DNA of 64,000 nucleotides from Opitutales bacterium (GTDB lineage Bacteria; Verrucomicrobiota; Verrucomicrobiia; Opitutales; UBA2987): NCBI GenBank assembly GCA_965226885.1, contig CBDDEL010000011.1, positions 160,001 to 224,000 of the forward strand, read 5' to 3'. Shown piece by piece: positions 63,206 to 64,000 of this stretch (position 1 is its first letter; each line of letters starts with the position of its first letter). The notes under the pieces were generated by a model. It saw only the letters and a program-made list of their open reading frames with translations, ran no database searches and was not told where the DNA came from. The position numbers and the translations under genes were made by a program.

Positions 63206-64000
63206 GGTAGTGTTAACATGACGAATGTTTGATATTGCTGTTGTATTCCCAGATGAACAAGCACAGGACGCGAAAATGCATGACCAAAGACTTCGAGAAT
63301 GACAGCGTTTTACGCACATAGCGTGACAGGGACTGTCGCAAGGTATTGTTCCAGCGTTCGATATGGGCGGTTTGGCCGGATTGTTTCCCGCTGGCGCTGT
63401 TGTGAGGGAAAACCTTGTCGTAGCTTTCCCAGTAATCGCTTACGGTGGCACAGTCGCGATAGGGCTGGGCGATGTTGTGATACAACTGCCAGCACGTTTG
63501 ATCGCTACGATCACCCAGAGAAAACCCGACGACCTGTCGGGTACGTCGACACAAGGCTACCCATAGCCATACCTGCCCCGAACGCTTATCGCCCCAGAAT
63601 GACCACACCTCGTCCAGTTCCAGCACATCACTACACTGGCGGGCAAGCAGAGTGGACTCCAGCTTCGGCAAACTCAGGACTTTTTTTTAATCCATTCGAT
63701 GACCGTCTTTGGGGCTACCCCGAAGGTACGGTAAATGGCACGCAGGCTCATCCGGTTTTGGTGCGCACGGAGCACCTGCTTGACCAGCGCCGGAGGATGC
63801 TCACGACTTTTGGGGTGAAGCCGAAACTGATAACCACACCCCTTGCATCGATACTTCTGAACCCCTTTCGGATCCTTGCCGTGCTTGATGATGTGATCGC
63901 TTCCGCATTGAGGACATTTTACTGTGATATGGACCATTCCCAGTTCACAACATAATCACGCTAAAAAGTACAGCTTAAACATTCAAAATGTTAACACTAC
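63206..64000 (-). mobile_element. IS1-family element A (insA 63674-63937, insB 63213-63671), window ends in its IR
   Basis: IRs GGTAGTGTTAACAT; A8 frameshift site; ELDEVWSF and [12 protein letters not shown] motifs. Confidence 0.95.

Overview
Bacterial chromosomal window (gene content suggests Verrucomicrobiota/Opitutae; inference only) undergoing heavy IS proliferation and gene decay. About 25 kb (~39%, summed from boundaries read by eye) is IS DNA from ten element types: one IS5/ISNCY-like, two IS1380, one IS21, two IS1, three IS3 and one ISL3-derived MITE. Intact housekeeping genes include rpoN (5' part), a Ser/Thr kinase, solA-like oxidase, 2-oxoacid oxidoreductase alpha/beta, pyrF, hemW, fabD, lepA and lepB. 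Removing ISs at their target-site duplications (TSDs) restores several broken genes: a PilX-like protein, a sigma-54 activator, an SDR, an RHS remnant and a 186-aa lipoprotein. Top observations: (1) a 5.57-kb ISEcp1-style IS1380 transposition unit carrying a TonB-dependent receptor, inserted with a 5-bp TSD inside another IS; (2) repeated IS self-insertion; (3) a 42-bp promoter cassette shared by two unrelated operons; (4) a shattered RHS/immunity-like locus and a deleted helicase gene. No rRNA, tRNA or CRISPR array was recognised.
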